This document shows positions 50,684 to 63,974 of a stretch of DNA of 64,000 nt, one piece after another. The notes under the pieces are model-generated. The model was not told where the DNA came from and ran no database searches. It saw nothing but the letters and a program-made list of their open reading frames with translations. The DNA is from Amphiscolops sp. MND2022 (Eukaryota). The stretch covers positions 74,712,001 to 74,776,000 of the forward strand of contig OZ076409.1 of the NCBI GenBank assembly GCA_964187785.1. The letters run 5' to 3'. Position numbers and translations under genes: made by a program. Numbering within the stretch: position 1 is the first letter of the stretch; each line of letters opens with the position of its first letter.

Positions 50684-53064
50684 GTGGTCGGGGTTGTTTC
50701 CCAGCCGATTTTGCCGCGCGGGGAGGGACCCGTTCAGCGGCCCAGGTAATTATTTTTTTTGCATTAAAAAAATGACCCATCCTAAAAGCGATTTCGAAAC
50801 CCACCCGTAGGATCCCTCTGAAATTTTGCATACACCTCCGTATAACAGATGTAAGAAAAAGTCAGCAAGGGCGTTTTCAGTTCTAAACGGGGAATGTTGA
50901 CCAAAAAGCGCAATTTATGTCCAAAAAAATGCAATTTTTCGACTTTTTTTATTTTTGACGGCCCATAGCGTTTTCCCAGATGCCCGCCCAAGTCATAAAC
51001 CGGAGTAAACTTTTGTTGGGCACTTCGTGAAGAATCTTTAGGGTGATTTTCGTTTCGATCCTATTTCCTGACGTTGACTTATGGTTGGGTGAAAAAACGC
51101 AACATTTGTTACAAAAAGTGCTTTTGGTACTCAAGGGCCCATAACTCGTGACATAAGCAATTGAGCAAGTTCGTGTATACCTACAATTTTGTTGCCTATC
51201 TATAGGAGAACAAACAAGCAGAACAAAAATTTTCTGTGGGAAATCGTCAAAAAAAGATATCACAGGTTTTATACTCAATAAAACAGTGTTTTTCGGTTAT
51301 CGTGGAAAAAATGTAAAATGGTGGCATTTTTCGGCTGTTTAAGGTAGCGGGTATTTTATTGCAGTTATTAACTCACCTCTAGTAGTAATTTACTTGGATG
51401 ATTCTCACATTTGATAAATTGCATTATAAACTTCATTTTTTTGCGTCACCAATTTTGACACCCACGATTACAGTCACTTTTTTCGCGTTCACGTTTTTGG
51501 GTGGATATAACTTTTTTCCAGTGCGTTTTACGGTCTTCATCCAGGAGCACAAAATTGTTGGCCGTCTTAAGCAGAAATTATATGGTAAGTTTAGAGTCAT
51601 TTGAAACGTTTTTGAAATGTCCAGAGATGCACAAATTTACAGTTTTTTTGCCCACAAAACACTATTTTACAAAACCCAACATTTTTTGCCAAAAAAGTCA
51701 AACTTCGTCCACACAACTTAGATTGCAAGTGGATGCATGCGGAGAGTACTTGAAATGATAAGAAAAATGAGCTATAGAACGCTCATTTACGACAACTTGA
51801 CGTGGACTTAGGATAATTTGAAAAATTACGAAAATAAAGAACAACGGTTCCAAAACAATCAGTTTGTAGTAAATGGCCAATAACTCCATACACAACCCTC
51901 CGCGCAAGCTAGTGTCCAAGTACGTTTTTGTTACCCGTGAACAGTGCAACAAATAAGTAAAGGTGAAACTTTATGTAGAATATCGTCAATGGAAGAAATA
52001 ACGTGATTTTATATCACATTTGAGTGACAAATTTGAAAAATTAGTCTATTCCGGGCATTTTACCTAAACTTTTTCGAGAGTACACATACAGGGGGTAAAA
52101 TTGGCCAAATATCATGCCTAACAAAACTATTTGATCCATTGGCCGCACTTTGAGCGTTCCACCTTTCCCCAGTCATAAATTATGGGACTTCGAAAATTTT
52201 CAAAACTTCCATTTTTCAACAAAATTTCAAATTCAGGCCCCCCAAAGGTAAGAAAGTTCCACACAACTAGGATTGCAAGTGGTTGCATGTGGAAAGTACT
52301 CGAACTGACGAGAAAAATGGGCTTTAGAACGTCTCTCTATCGTAACCTGACGTTGACTTATGATGTTTTGAATGTGAGATTGCTTCGGGGTCGAGAAGTG
52401 TAAGTGGAACATATGTCTCGTCGAAAACTCATCGGAATACATCCAATGAACCCCAATCACCCTCAATTGCAGTTTCCTAGTGCAACAACGTCTGTCAAGG
52501 ACCTTTTTTGATAAGAGTCGAAATTATTATTAAATTGAGTTAGCAAGAAACACTTGAGTACATTCTCATCTCTCCCCATCGGGGGAGATGAGAATGTACT
52601 TGCAAATTGGCATCATTCGTTTTCACGCGAGGCATTCTGTGCTTTGGCACACATAGATAACTTTGTTTTGTCTGTCTTTTTGCATATACTTTAAATTGTC
52701 ATTAGAAATTTGCCGACTTTACTTTACGTAAAAATAACTTTCTACCATGCACCTTTAATGTCAAAGCCACATAAATTTAGACTCCTATCGTCGAAAAACA
52801 TACCGCGGCATCTTTTTCGATGACGTATGCCGAAACACAAATGTGAAAAAAAAGTGATGAGATTCAGAAACAGTGACAAACAATTTTTACTATTTGACAT
52901 AAGGTAGGTTTTTATATGGAACTTACACATCACTGATATTTAACAACAATCCAGCTGACGAACACATACCAACATCACCGCCCACCGTCCGTAGGCATGC
53001 CGAGGCATGCCTTTCGACGACGTATGCCTAATCCAATCATCCGACGCCCCCACTCCGCCCCTAG
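50684..53064 (+). mobile_element. Unit 25: family L (2381 bp)
   Basis: Full-length L copy; 3' half closest to unit 24. Confidence 0.9.
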
Positions 53065-55268
53065 GTGGAGGTTATTTTATAATAATTAATGTGTTTTTTT
53101 CCGGAGTTTGTGGCTTTGGAAAAAACAAAAGGCGAGAAATCGGGCACTCCGGGCTGAACCGTATACACTCAAATTTCGCCCATTTTTTATACGATCTCGA
53201 AACTCAGCCGTACGATTTGGCTGAAAATTTGCATGCGGCTACAAATTGAGATTCTAAGAACTATTTCCTGGTGACATTTTTTTGAAATTTTTGTGTACGT
53301 TTCCCCCCCGCCCCCTAAAGGGGCCAATTTTCCCCACTTTTGCACTTATGAGTCAAATTCTCAAAACTGGTGGATCTGAGCGTATTCCCGCCGGGGACAA
53401 CTTTTAACAAGCGCTCCTCAGTAGACCTTCATGACTTTTTACTTTGGTGGTACGTTCACCCCCCGAGGAGGAAATTGCGTTTTTGTGACTTCCGGTCGAG
53501 GCTTTTTTCACCCAAAAATTAGATTTAAGCCAGTTTTGAGCAGGAAGGAGTGGATTTAAAGTGCCTGTACCCTGCTAAAAATTTGTTGGGCTTGTAGCGA
53601 TATATCTCATACCAAGTCTGGTTTTCAACCCCAAACCCCCCTTGAGACCAAAATTCACCCAAAGTTTTTTACCTCTGTTTGTAGTTTTTTTACCGAATAT
53701 CGTCATTTCCATGGGTAAGGAGTTGAATTAGGGGCTCCTAATAGGGTACCAATGTTCAAGTACACTTGCAGTGCAACTGATTGACCCTTTTTGGGCCTCT
53801 CCTGTGTTCGGCAAGGACCGGAAGCGGTGTAACCCCCCCTTTTTTGACACCCCCCCTTTTTTGACGTTTGTTGACCTTGAGACTCGCGCTTAGATGACGT
53901 TTATGTCGCGCGAATCCTACAAACAAGTATTAGGATGACATGCTAGCCAACTAGAGAGCAGTAAGGGAAACAATATTATACCGGAAGTAACCCCCCGTGA
54001 CCGGAAGTTGTCATTTTTGACCGCAAATGGTCCAAAACCTAGCGTAAAAGCAGTTTTTCATTGCTTTTAAAGTCAACTTCTTACATTTTTCAATCTGCGC
54101 GAGCTTTTCTTCAGGTTCGTTTTTGTTGCCAGTGCACAGCAACGAATATACAACTGTAAAATTTTCGCTATAAAATTGTCGGAGAGAGAAATAACGGATT
54201 ATTTGGACTTTTTTTCAAAAATATTAGTCTACATCTGTCATTTTTACCCAATGTTACTCAACAGTAGAACCACAGGTTTTATTCTCTGCCCAAAAATATG
54301 CCTAACAAATTCACCTTTGGTTGCAGTTTGAGCATTCTAGCTTTACCTGGTCACAAGTTAGGGGACTTGAAAAAGTTTCAAAAATTTTTCCGAAAAATTT
54401 TTCTAAACGTCATGTCTCCCAAAGTTAAGAAACTTCCGCACAACTAGGATTACAAGTGAATGCACGTGGTAAGACCTATAATTGGAGAGAAAAATTCAGT
54501 TTGGAACGTCTCTTTATCGTAACGTGACGTTAAGAGAAGTTGCTTTGAATGCGAGCTTGATGAGACGTCGAGAAGTAACAGTGTGTAAATGGAACCTATG
54601 TCTCGACAAATACTCATCGGAATACATGAGATGAACCCCAATTACCCTCAATTTCAGTTGCCTAGTACAACAACGTCTTCCAAGGACCCTTTAATCTTTT
54701 TGATAAGCGTTGAAGTCATCATTAGCTTGAGTTCGCAAGAAACAATTGAGTACATTCTCATCTCTCCCCATCGGGTGAGATGAGAATGTTTTTGCTAAAA
54801 GCCAGGTATTACGGCCCAATTTTGTTTTATTGCGACGCATTCTGTGCTTTAGCACATAGATACTTTTATTCCGTCTCACTTTTTGTATACACTCTGATTT
54901 GTTGTTATAAATTTCTCGTCATTACTTTACATAAACTAATTACCATAAAACTTTAACGTCAAAGCCACATTCATTTAGACGCCCACCATTCCGTAGGTAT
55001 GCCGAGGTATGCCATTCAAAGATGTATGTCAAACGCAAATGCGATAAAATTTGTGCTGAAAATCGGAAACAGTGACAAACAGTTTTGACTTTTTGATATT
55101 TGTTAGGTTTTCATATGGAACTTACACATCACTGACAATTCAAAACATTCCAGCTGACGCTCACATACAAACATCAACGCCCACCGTCTGTGGGCATGCC
55201 GAGGCATGCCCTTCGACGACGTATAGCAAATTCCTTTAATATCTACACCCAATTGCGGTAGCAGCTAG
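53065..55268 (+). mobile_element. Unit 26: family H (2204 bp)
   Basis: Near-identical to unit 10, plus a 17 bp tandem duplication near 53832-53865. Confidence 0.9.
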
Positions 55269-56652
55269 GTGGTTGGGGCGGTCCCCAGAACGCACAAGGA
55301 GGCGCGGGGAGGGTCCTGCGCCGACGTAGAATAATTTCATATAATACTAGTATCCTACATGGGTGTTTTAGAGGCGATTTTGGAATCTAACCGTAGGATT
55401 TGGATAATTTTTTGCATGCGGCCATAACTCGAAATTCTAAGAACTTTTTCCTACTGTCATTTTCCCCGCAAATTGTTTTTTGTTGACTTATGGCCGAAAA
55501 ACCGGAAACAACGCCCTTTTTAGACGTTATATCCGAAGTGTCGTCATAACTTTTTTCCAGGGCATGCTAGCGTTCTCGTTCACTTTTACACTTAGTTGCA
55601 GCATCTCAAAATACAACTGGTGGAAAATTTTGGTTGCATTCGGATCACCCCCCACCGAGATAGAAGGGTTCCCCCCTCCAGTTTTACCCCCCAAATTTGC
55701 AAAATAGCCAATTTTGAGCATGAAGCCGAGGATTTAGCGTACCCATACCCTCCTGATGTTTTGTTGTACGTATTGGGGTCAATCTGACGACATGTGTGGT
55801 TTTCACCCCCAACCCCCCCCTTGGACCGGAAATGACACTTTTTTGTGTTTTTTGGCAGAATTCAGCCTTTTTCATTATTAGGCAGTCGTTTTAGGGACTC
55901 CTAGCAGGATATCGAAACTGAAATACAACCTGATCACAACCCAGTGACAACATTTTGGCCACTTGGAGGTATCATCATGACCGGAAGTGGGGTCAACCCC
56001 CCTTTTTGTGATCGCTTTGTGACCTTGTGCACCAAAATGCCAACATCTTGAGGCCTAATGAGGCATTCAAATCTGTACAAAGATAAAATGTTAGACAACT
56101 GAAGTCCCGGAAGATCTTTAGCATATACCGGAAATTACCCCCCATGACCGGAAGTTACCCAATGTGACCGGAAATGGTCCAAAAAAATATGTAAAACTAA
56201 TTTTTTCCTATTTGAAGACCACCTCGTTGAACATTTTCAATCCCAAACCTAGCGTACTAGCTTGTGGCGTTGAATTTATCGAAATTGATAAGCTTTATCA
56301 CCCCCGATAGCCTTCGAAGTTGACCTTGCGTCAACTTTGGAGGCTATCGATACTGAAAATGAACAACAAAGTACATTGTTGCTCTCGTTTTTTTCCATTG
56401 TTTTTCCTCAAACATTCTTGAGACATATGCATGGCCGTTAGTTGAAATCAATATTTTAGTCCATGTAATAGCGGGAGAAGCGAAGCGTTTCACAGGCTAG
56501 TGTGGTTTTGACCTACCTAATATTTAAAATAACAAATGACCGTCTTAGTCAACTCCACACATTCATACCAACGCCCACCGTCTGTGCCCACCACATGCCC
56601 TTCGACGACGTATGACGAATCCACTCCAACGACGCCCGCAGTCCTCAGCTAG
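55269..56652 (+). mobile_element. Unit 27: family A (1384 bp), terminal hairpin disrupted
   Basis: Near-identical to unit 18. Confidence 0.9.
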
Positions 56653-59024
56653 GTGGTCGGGGTTATTTCCCAGCCAATTTTGCCGCGCGGGGAGGGACCC
56701 GTTCAGCGGCCCAGGTCATTATTTTTTTACATTAAAAAAAACGATACCCCGGAAAGCGATTTCGAAACCCACCCGTAGGATCCCTCTGAATTTTTGCATA
56801 CACCTCCGTATAACAGTTCTAAGAAAAAGTCAGCAAGGGCGTTTTCAGTTCTAAACGGGGAATGTTGACCAAAAAGCGCAATTTATGTCCAAAAAAATGC
56901 AATTTTTCGACTTTTTTATTTTTGACGGCCAACAGCTCTTTTCCAGATGCCCGCCCAAGTCATAAACCGGAGAAAAGTTTTGTTGGGCACTTCGTGAAGA
57001 ATCCTTAGGGTGATTTTCGTTTAAAACCTATTTCCTGACGTTGACTTATGGTTGGGTGAAAAAACGCAACATTTGTTACAAAAAGTGCTTTTGGTACTCA
57101 AGGGCCCATAACTCGTGACATAATCAATTGAGCAAGTTCGTGTATAATTACGATTTTGTTGCCTATTGATAGGAGAACAAACAAGCAAGAACAAAATTTT
57201 CTGTGGGAAGACGTCAAAAAAAGATATCAAAGGTTTTATACTCAATAAAATGGTGTTTTTCGATTATCGTGGAAAAAATGTAAAAGGGTGGCATTTTTCG
57301 GCTGTTCAAGGTAGCGGGTATTTCATTGCAGTTAATAACTCACCTCTAGTAGTCATTTACTTGGATGATTTTCAATGTTGATAAATTGCATGATAAACTT
57401 CATTTTTTGCGTCACCAATATTGACACCCACGATTTCAGTCAATTTTTTCGCGTTCACGTTTTTGAGTGGATATAACTTTTTTCCAGTGCGTTTTACGGT
57501 CATCATCCAGGAGCACAAAATTGTTGGCCGTCTTAAGCAGAAAATATATGGTAAGTTTAGAGTCATTTGAAACGTTTTTGAAATGTCCAGAGATGCACAC
57601 ATTTACAGTTTTTTTGCCCACAAAACACTATTTTACGAAACCCAACACTTTTTGCCAAAAAAGTCAAACTTTGTCCACACAACTTAGATTGCAAGTGAAT
57701 GCATGCGGAGAGTACTTGAAATGATGGGAAAAATGAGCTATAGAACGCTCATTTACGACAACCTGACGTGGACTTAGGATAATTTGAAAAAGTACGAAAA
57801 AAAAGAACAACGGTTCCAAAACAATCAGTTTGTAGTAAATGGCCAATAACTCCATACACAACCCTCCGCGCAAGCTAGTGTCCAAGTACGTTTTTGTTAC
57901 CCGTGAACAGTGCAACAAATAAGTAAAAGTAAAACTTTATGTAGAGAATCGTCGGAGAAAGAAATAACGGGATTTTTTATCACATTTAAGAGACAAAATT
58001 GAAAAATTAGTCTATTCCTGGCATTTTACCTAAACTTTTTCGACAGTACACATACAGGAGGTAAAATTCGTCCAATATCATGCCTAACAAAACTATTTGA
58101 TCCATTGGCCGCAATTTGAGCGTTCCAATTTTCCCCAGTCATAAATTATGGGACTTCGAAAATTTTCAAAAGTTCCATTTTTCAACAAAATTTCAAATTC
58201 AGGCCTCCCAAAGGTAAGAAAGTTCCACACAACTAGGATTGCAAGTGGTTGCATGTGGAAAGTGCTCGAACCGACAAGAAAAATGGGCTTTAGAACGTCT
58301 CTCTATCGTAACCTGACGTTGACTTATGATGTTTTGAATGTGATACTGCTACGTGCTCGAGAAGTGTAAGTGGAACATATGTCTCGTTGAATACTCATCG
58401 GAATACATTCAATGAACCCAATCACCCTAAATTGCAGTTTCCTAGTGCAACAACGTCTGTCAAGGACCTTTTTTGATAAGAGTCGAAATTATTATTAAAT
58501 TCAGTTAGCAAGAAACACTTGAGTACATTCTCATCTCTCCCCATCGGGGGAGATGAGAATGTACTTGCTAAAACGGCTTCTTTGTTTTCATGCGATGGAT
58601 TCTGTGCCTTGCCACACATATAACTTTGTTTTGTGTGACCTTGCGTATATACTTTGACTTGTCATAATAAATTTCTTCTCGTAAATTTACGTAAATCAAC
58701 AATGCATCTACAATGCACCTTCAACGTCAAAGCCAAATAAATATAGCTGGCCACCGTCCGTAGGCAGAGCAAGGCATGCTTTTTGACGACGTATGCCGAA
58801 ACACAAACGCGAACAAAACTGCTGAAAATCAGAAACAGTGACCAACAATTTTGACTGTTTGACATATGGTAGGTTTTTATATGGAACTTACTGATATTTC
58901 ACAACATTTCAGCTGACGCCCACCTACCACTATCAACGCGCACCGTCAGTGGGCATGCCGAGGCATGCCCTTCGACGACGTATGGCTAATACCTTCAGCG
59001 ACGCCCCCGCGCTCCCCCGTCTAG
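56653..59024 (+). mobile_element. Unit 28: family L (2372 bp)
   Basis: Full-length L copy. Confidence 0.9.
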
Positions 59025-61401
59025 GTGGTCGGGGTGCGTTTCCCAGCCGATTTTGCCGCGCGGGGAGGGACCCGTTCAGCGGCCCAGGTCATTATTTTTT
59101 TACATTAAAAAAAACGATACCCCGGAAAGCGATTTCGAAACCCACCCGTAGGATCCCTCTGAATTTTTGCATACACCTCCGTATAACAGTTCTAAGAAAA
59201 AGTCAGCAAGGGCGTTTTCAGTTCTAAACGGGGAATGTTGACCAAAAAGCGCAATTTATGTCCAAAAAAATGCAATTTTTCGACTTTTTTATTTTTGACG
59301 GCCCATAGCTCTTTTCCAGATGCCCGCCCAAGTCATAAACCGGAGAACACTTTTGTTGGGCACTTCGTGAAGAATCGTTAGGGTGATTTTCGTTTCAATC
59401 GTATTTCCTGACGTTGACTTATAGTTGGGTGAAAAAACGCAACATTTGTTACAAAAAGTGCTTTTGGTACTCAAGGGCCCATAACTCGTGACATAATCAA
59501 CTGAGCAAGTTCGTGTATGATTACAATTTTGTTGCCTATCTATAGGAGAACAAACAAGCAGAAACAAAAATTTCTGTGGGAAATTGTCAAAAAAAGATAT
59601 CACAGGTTTTATACTCAATAAAACAGTGTGTTTCGGTTATCGTGGAAAAAATGTAAAATGGTGGCATTTTTCGGCTGTTCAAGGTAGCGGGTATTTTATT
59701 GCAGTTATTAACTCACCTCTAGTAGTCATTTACTTGGATGATTTTCACTTTTGATAAATTGCATGATAAACTTCATTTTTTGCGTCACCAATATTGACAC
59801 CCACGATTACGGTCAAATTTTTCGCGTTCACGTGTTTAAATGGATATAACTTTTTTCCAGTGTGTTTTACGGTTCTCACACAGGAGTGCAAAATTGTTGC
59901 CCGTCTTAAATAGAAAGTATATGGTGAGTTTAGAGTAATTTGAAAAGTTTTTGAAATGTCCAGAGATGCACAAATTTACAGTTTTTTTGCCCACAAAACA
60001 CTATTTTACGAAACCCAACACTTTTTGCCAAAAAAGTCAAACTTCGTCCACACAACTTAGATTGCAAGTGGATGCATGCGAAGAGTACTTGAAATGATGA
60101 GAAAAATGAGCTATAGAACGCTCCTTTACGACAACTTGACGTGGACTTAGGATAATTTGAAAAATCACGAAAAAAAAAGAACAACGGTTCCAAAACAATC
60201 AGTTTGTAGTTAATGGCCAATAACTCCATACACAACCCTCCGCGCAAGCTAGTGTCCAAGTACGTTTTTGTTACCCGTGGACAGTGCAACAAATAAGTAA
60301 AAGTAAAACTTTATGTAGAGTATCGTCGGAGATAGAAATAACGGGACTTTATATCACATTTAAGAGACAAAATTGAAAAATTAGTCTATTCCTGGCATTT
60401 TACCTAAACTTTTTCGACAGTACACATACAGGAGGTAAAATTGGCCCAATATCATGCCTAACAAAACTATGTGATCCATTGGCCGCAACTTGAGCGTTCC
60501 ACCTTTCCCCAGTCATAAATTATGGGACTTCGAAAATTTTCAAACTTTCCATTTTTCAACAAAATTAGAAATTCAGGCCTCCCAAAGGTAAGAAAGTTCC
60601 ACACAACTAGGATTGCAAGTGGTTGCATGTGGAAAGTACTCGAACCGACGAGAAAAATGGGCTTTAGAACGTCTCTCTATCGTAACCTGACGTTGACTTA
60701 TGATGTTTTGAATGTGAGATTGCTACGTGGTCGAGAAATGTAAGTGGAACATATGTCTCGTCGAAAACTCATCGGAATACATTCAATGAACCCCAATCAC
60801 CCTAATTGCAGTTTCTTAGTGCAACAACGTCTGTCAAGGACATTTTTTGATAAGGGTCGAAATTATTATTAAATGCAGTTAGCAAGAGACACTTGAGTAC
60901 ATTCTCATCTCTCCCCATCGGGGGAGATGAGAATGTACTTGCTAAAACGGTCTTTTTGTTCCCATGCCAGGCGTTCTGTGCTTTGGCACATAAATACCTT
61001 TGTTTCGTCTGACGTTTCGGATAAACGGTGACTTTTCATTAAATTTCCCGTCATTACTTTACGTAACATAATCTTTCTACCATTCACCTTTAACTTCAAA
61101 GCCACATGAATTTAGACTCCTATCGTCGAAAAACATACCGCGGCATCTTTTTCGACGACGTATGTCGAAACACAAACGCGAACAAAAGTGCTGAATTTCA
61201 GAAACAGTGACAAACAATTTTGACTGTTTGACATAACATTTGGTAGGTTCTTATATGGAACTTACACATCACTGATATTTCACAACATTCCAGCTGACGC
61301 CCACATACCAACATCAACGCCCACCGTCCGTGGGCATGCCGAGGCATGCCCTTCGACGACGTATGGCAAATACTTTTAGCGACGCCCCCGCCCACCTCTA
61401 G
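59025..61401 (+). mobile_element. Unit 29: family L (2377 bp)
   Basis: Full-length L copy, closest to unit 20. Confidence 0.9.
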
Positions 61402-62688
61402 GTGCCGGGATTTCCATTCGATAAGGAATTCTGCGCGTGTGGGTAGGGCCCCTGGCGCGCTCCTGTGTTTTCGGTTTTCCTACTCCAAATTCACACCCCA
61501 GTTATCTCCGATCTCGTAAACTATCCATACGATTTGGCTGAAATTTGGCACACGTACCCCCCTCGGCACGGTGAAGATGATTTCCTACTGACGTTTTTCC
61601 CGCTAAACATTTTTTGTTGACCAAAATAACGGTTTTTGGGGTAAAATTTTCAACTTTTTTTAAATTTTATCTTATATCTCGCCACGGGTACACGCTAGCG
61701 CTTCCAAACCTTGCTGACGAAAGTTTGCAAACTGTCTCAGGAATGCTGTGTGAAATTTTCAGCTCAATTGGACTTAAACTCGAGGAGATATAGCGTTTTT
61801 CCGGAGCGGGGGGGTTTCATTTTTCTAACGGTCCAGCTTATCTTTGCCATTTTTTCGAAAATGCACTCGCCTAAAGGCCTCCCCTGGCCGGTTTTATTCC
61901 CAGCAAAACCATTTGGCCCTAAATACGGAGTTTCAGCGTTCCAGCATTCCCGGGCGAAAAGTTGTGGGACTTAGAAAATTTCAAAAATTTTCAAAAATTT
62001 TTTTTTCCGTTATTTGGGCCCCCAAAGTGGGGGAAAAGACCCCCCAACCAGTAAAGCAAGTGAATGCATGTGGAAAGCCCTTGTTTAGAGGAGAAAAATG
62101 CCGTTTAGAACGTCTTTTTATCTTGGCTCAACGTTGACTTATGACGTTTTGAAGGTGATGTTTGGAGGTGTAAATCACGTGAATAGTAAACGTTATGAGT
62201 ATTTATCTGATCTGAAAGCCATTGAGATGCAATATGGTTTGCTCAAAACGTAATTCATGGCAGTTTGGCAATCAATCAACACCCTTTGTTGTCGTTTGAC
62301 ATACTTTTTTGTTGTTATAATAAAAATTTTGTGTATTTGTTCATTTTTTTCTCATCAAATAACTTGAAACAGTTGAGTACATTCCATCCCCCCTTCCGGG
62401 GGAGATGAGAATGTACTCGCAAAAAGCAGCGAATTACGGCCCTTACCTTCCCGAGCTACGCAGTATAAGGATTACATATTGGTTCCGACATTTTCATAGA
62501 GTTAAATCTTGGTAATCTGTCTGGATATGCAGAAAAATCAGCACGTGCCTTTTAATACCAAGTTGCTCACAACGACAATTATTTTATATCAACGCCCCCA
62601 TATTTATCAACGCCCCCCGTCCGTGGGCATGCCGAGGCATGCCCTTCGACGACGTATACCAAGATATACATCGAGCGCGTTAGCCTAG
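61402..62688 (+). mobile_element. Unit 30: family M (1287 bp)
   Basis: Head GTGCCGGGATTTC; tail GCGCGTTAGCCTAG. Confidence 0.85.
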
Positions 62689-63974
62689 GTGCCGGGATTT
62701 CTATTCGATAAAGTATGTGGCGCGTGTGGGTAGGGCCCCTGGCGCGCTCTTGGGTATGGTGTTCACCAGCTAGGAAACAGGGGTCGATTTTTCGGGATCT
62801 CCTAAACTAGCCACACGATTTGGCTGAAATTTGGCACACGTACTCCCCTCGGCATGGTGAAGATGATTCCCTACTAGCGTTTTGCTCGCAAAATTTTTTT
62901 TGTTGTCCAAAATAACGGTTTTTGGGGGAAAATTTTGAACTTTTTTTAAATTTCATCTTATATCTCGCCACGGGTTTACGCTAGCGCTTCAAAACCCTGC
63001 TAAAGAAAGCTTGCAAACTGTCTCAGGAATGCGGTGTGAAGTTTTCAGCTCAATCGGACTTAAACTCAGGGAGATATAGCGTTTTTCCGGAGCGGGGGGG
63101 TTTCATTTTTCTAACGGTCCAGCTTATCTTAGCCATTTTTTCGAAAATGTACTCGCCTAAAGACCTCCCCTGGCCGGTTTTATTCCCAGCAAAACCATTT
63201 GGCCCTAAATACGGAGTTTCAGCGTTCCAGCATTCCCGGGCGAAAAGTTGTGAGACTTAGAAAATTTCAAAAATTTTCAAATTTTTTTTTTCCGTTTTCC
63301 GCCCTCCCCCCCGAGGGGAAAAGACCCCCCAACCAGTAATTTGAGTGAATTCATGTGGAAAGGCCATGTTTAGAGGAGAAAAATCCCGTTTAAATTGTCT
63401 TTTTATCTTTATTCAACGTTGACTTATGACGTTTTGAAGGTGATGTTTGGAGGTGTGAAGCACGTGAAAAGTAAACGTTATGAGTTTTTATCTGATCTGA
63501 AAGCCATTGAGATGCAACCTGTTTTGCTCAAAACGTAATTCATATCAGTTTGGTAGTCAATCAACACCCTTTGTTGTCATTTGACATCTTTTTTTGTTGA
63601 TATAAGAAAAAATTTCGTGTATTTATTCATTTTTTTCTCATCAAATAACTTGAAACAGTTGAGTACATTCCATCCCCCCTTCACGGGGGAGATGAGAATG
63701 TACTCGCAAAAAGCCCCGAACTACGACCCTTACCTTCCTGAGCTACGCAGTATAAAGATTGCATATTGGTTCCGACATTTTGATAGAGTTATATCTTGGT
63801 AATCTGTCTGGGTATGCAGAAAAACCAGCACGTGCTTTTTTATACCAAGTTGCTCACAACGACATTTATTTTATATCAACGCCCCCATATTTATCAACGC
63901 CCCCCGTCCGTGGGCATGCCGAGGCATGCCCTTCGACGACGTATACCAAGATATGTTCGAGCGCGTTAGCCTAG
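62689..63974 (+). mobile_element. Unit 31: family M (1286 bp)
   Basis: Homologous to unit 30. Confidence 0.85.

Noticed and set aside
9121..63945. CRISPR array, given the recurring ~50 bp palindromic repeat
   Set aside because: Intervening sequences are 1-3 kb and recur as families, the repeat is missing from five units, and no cas genes are present.
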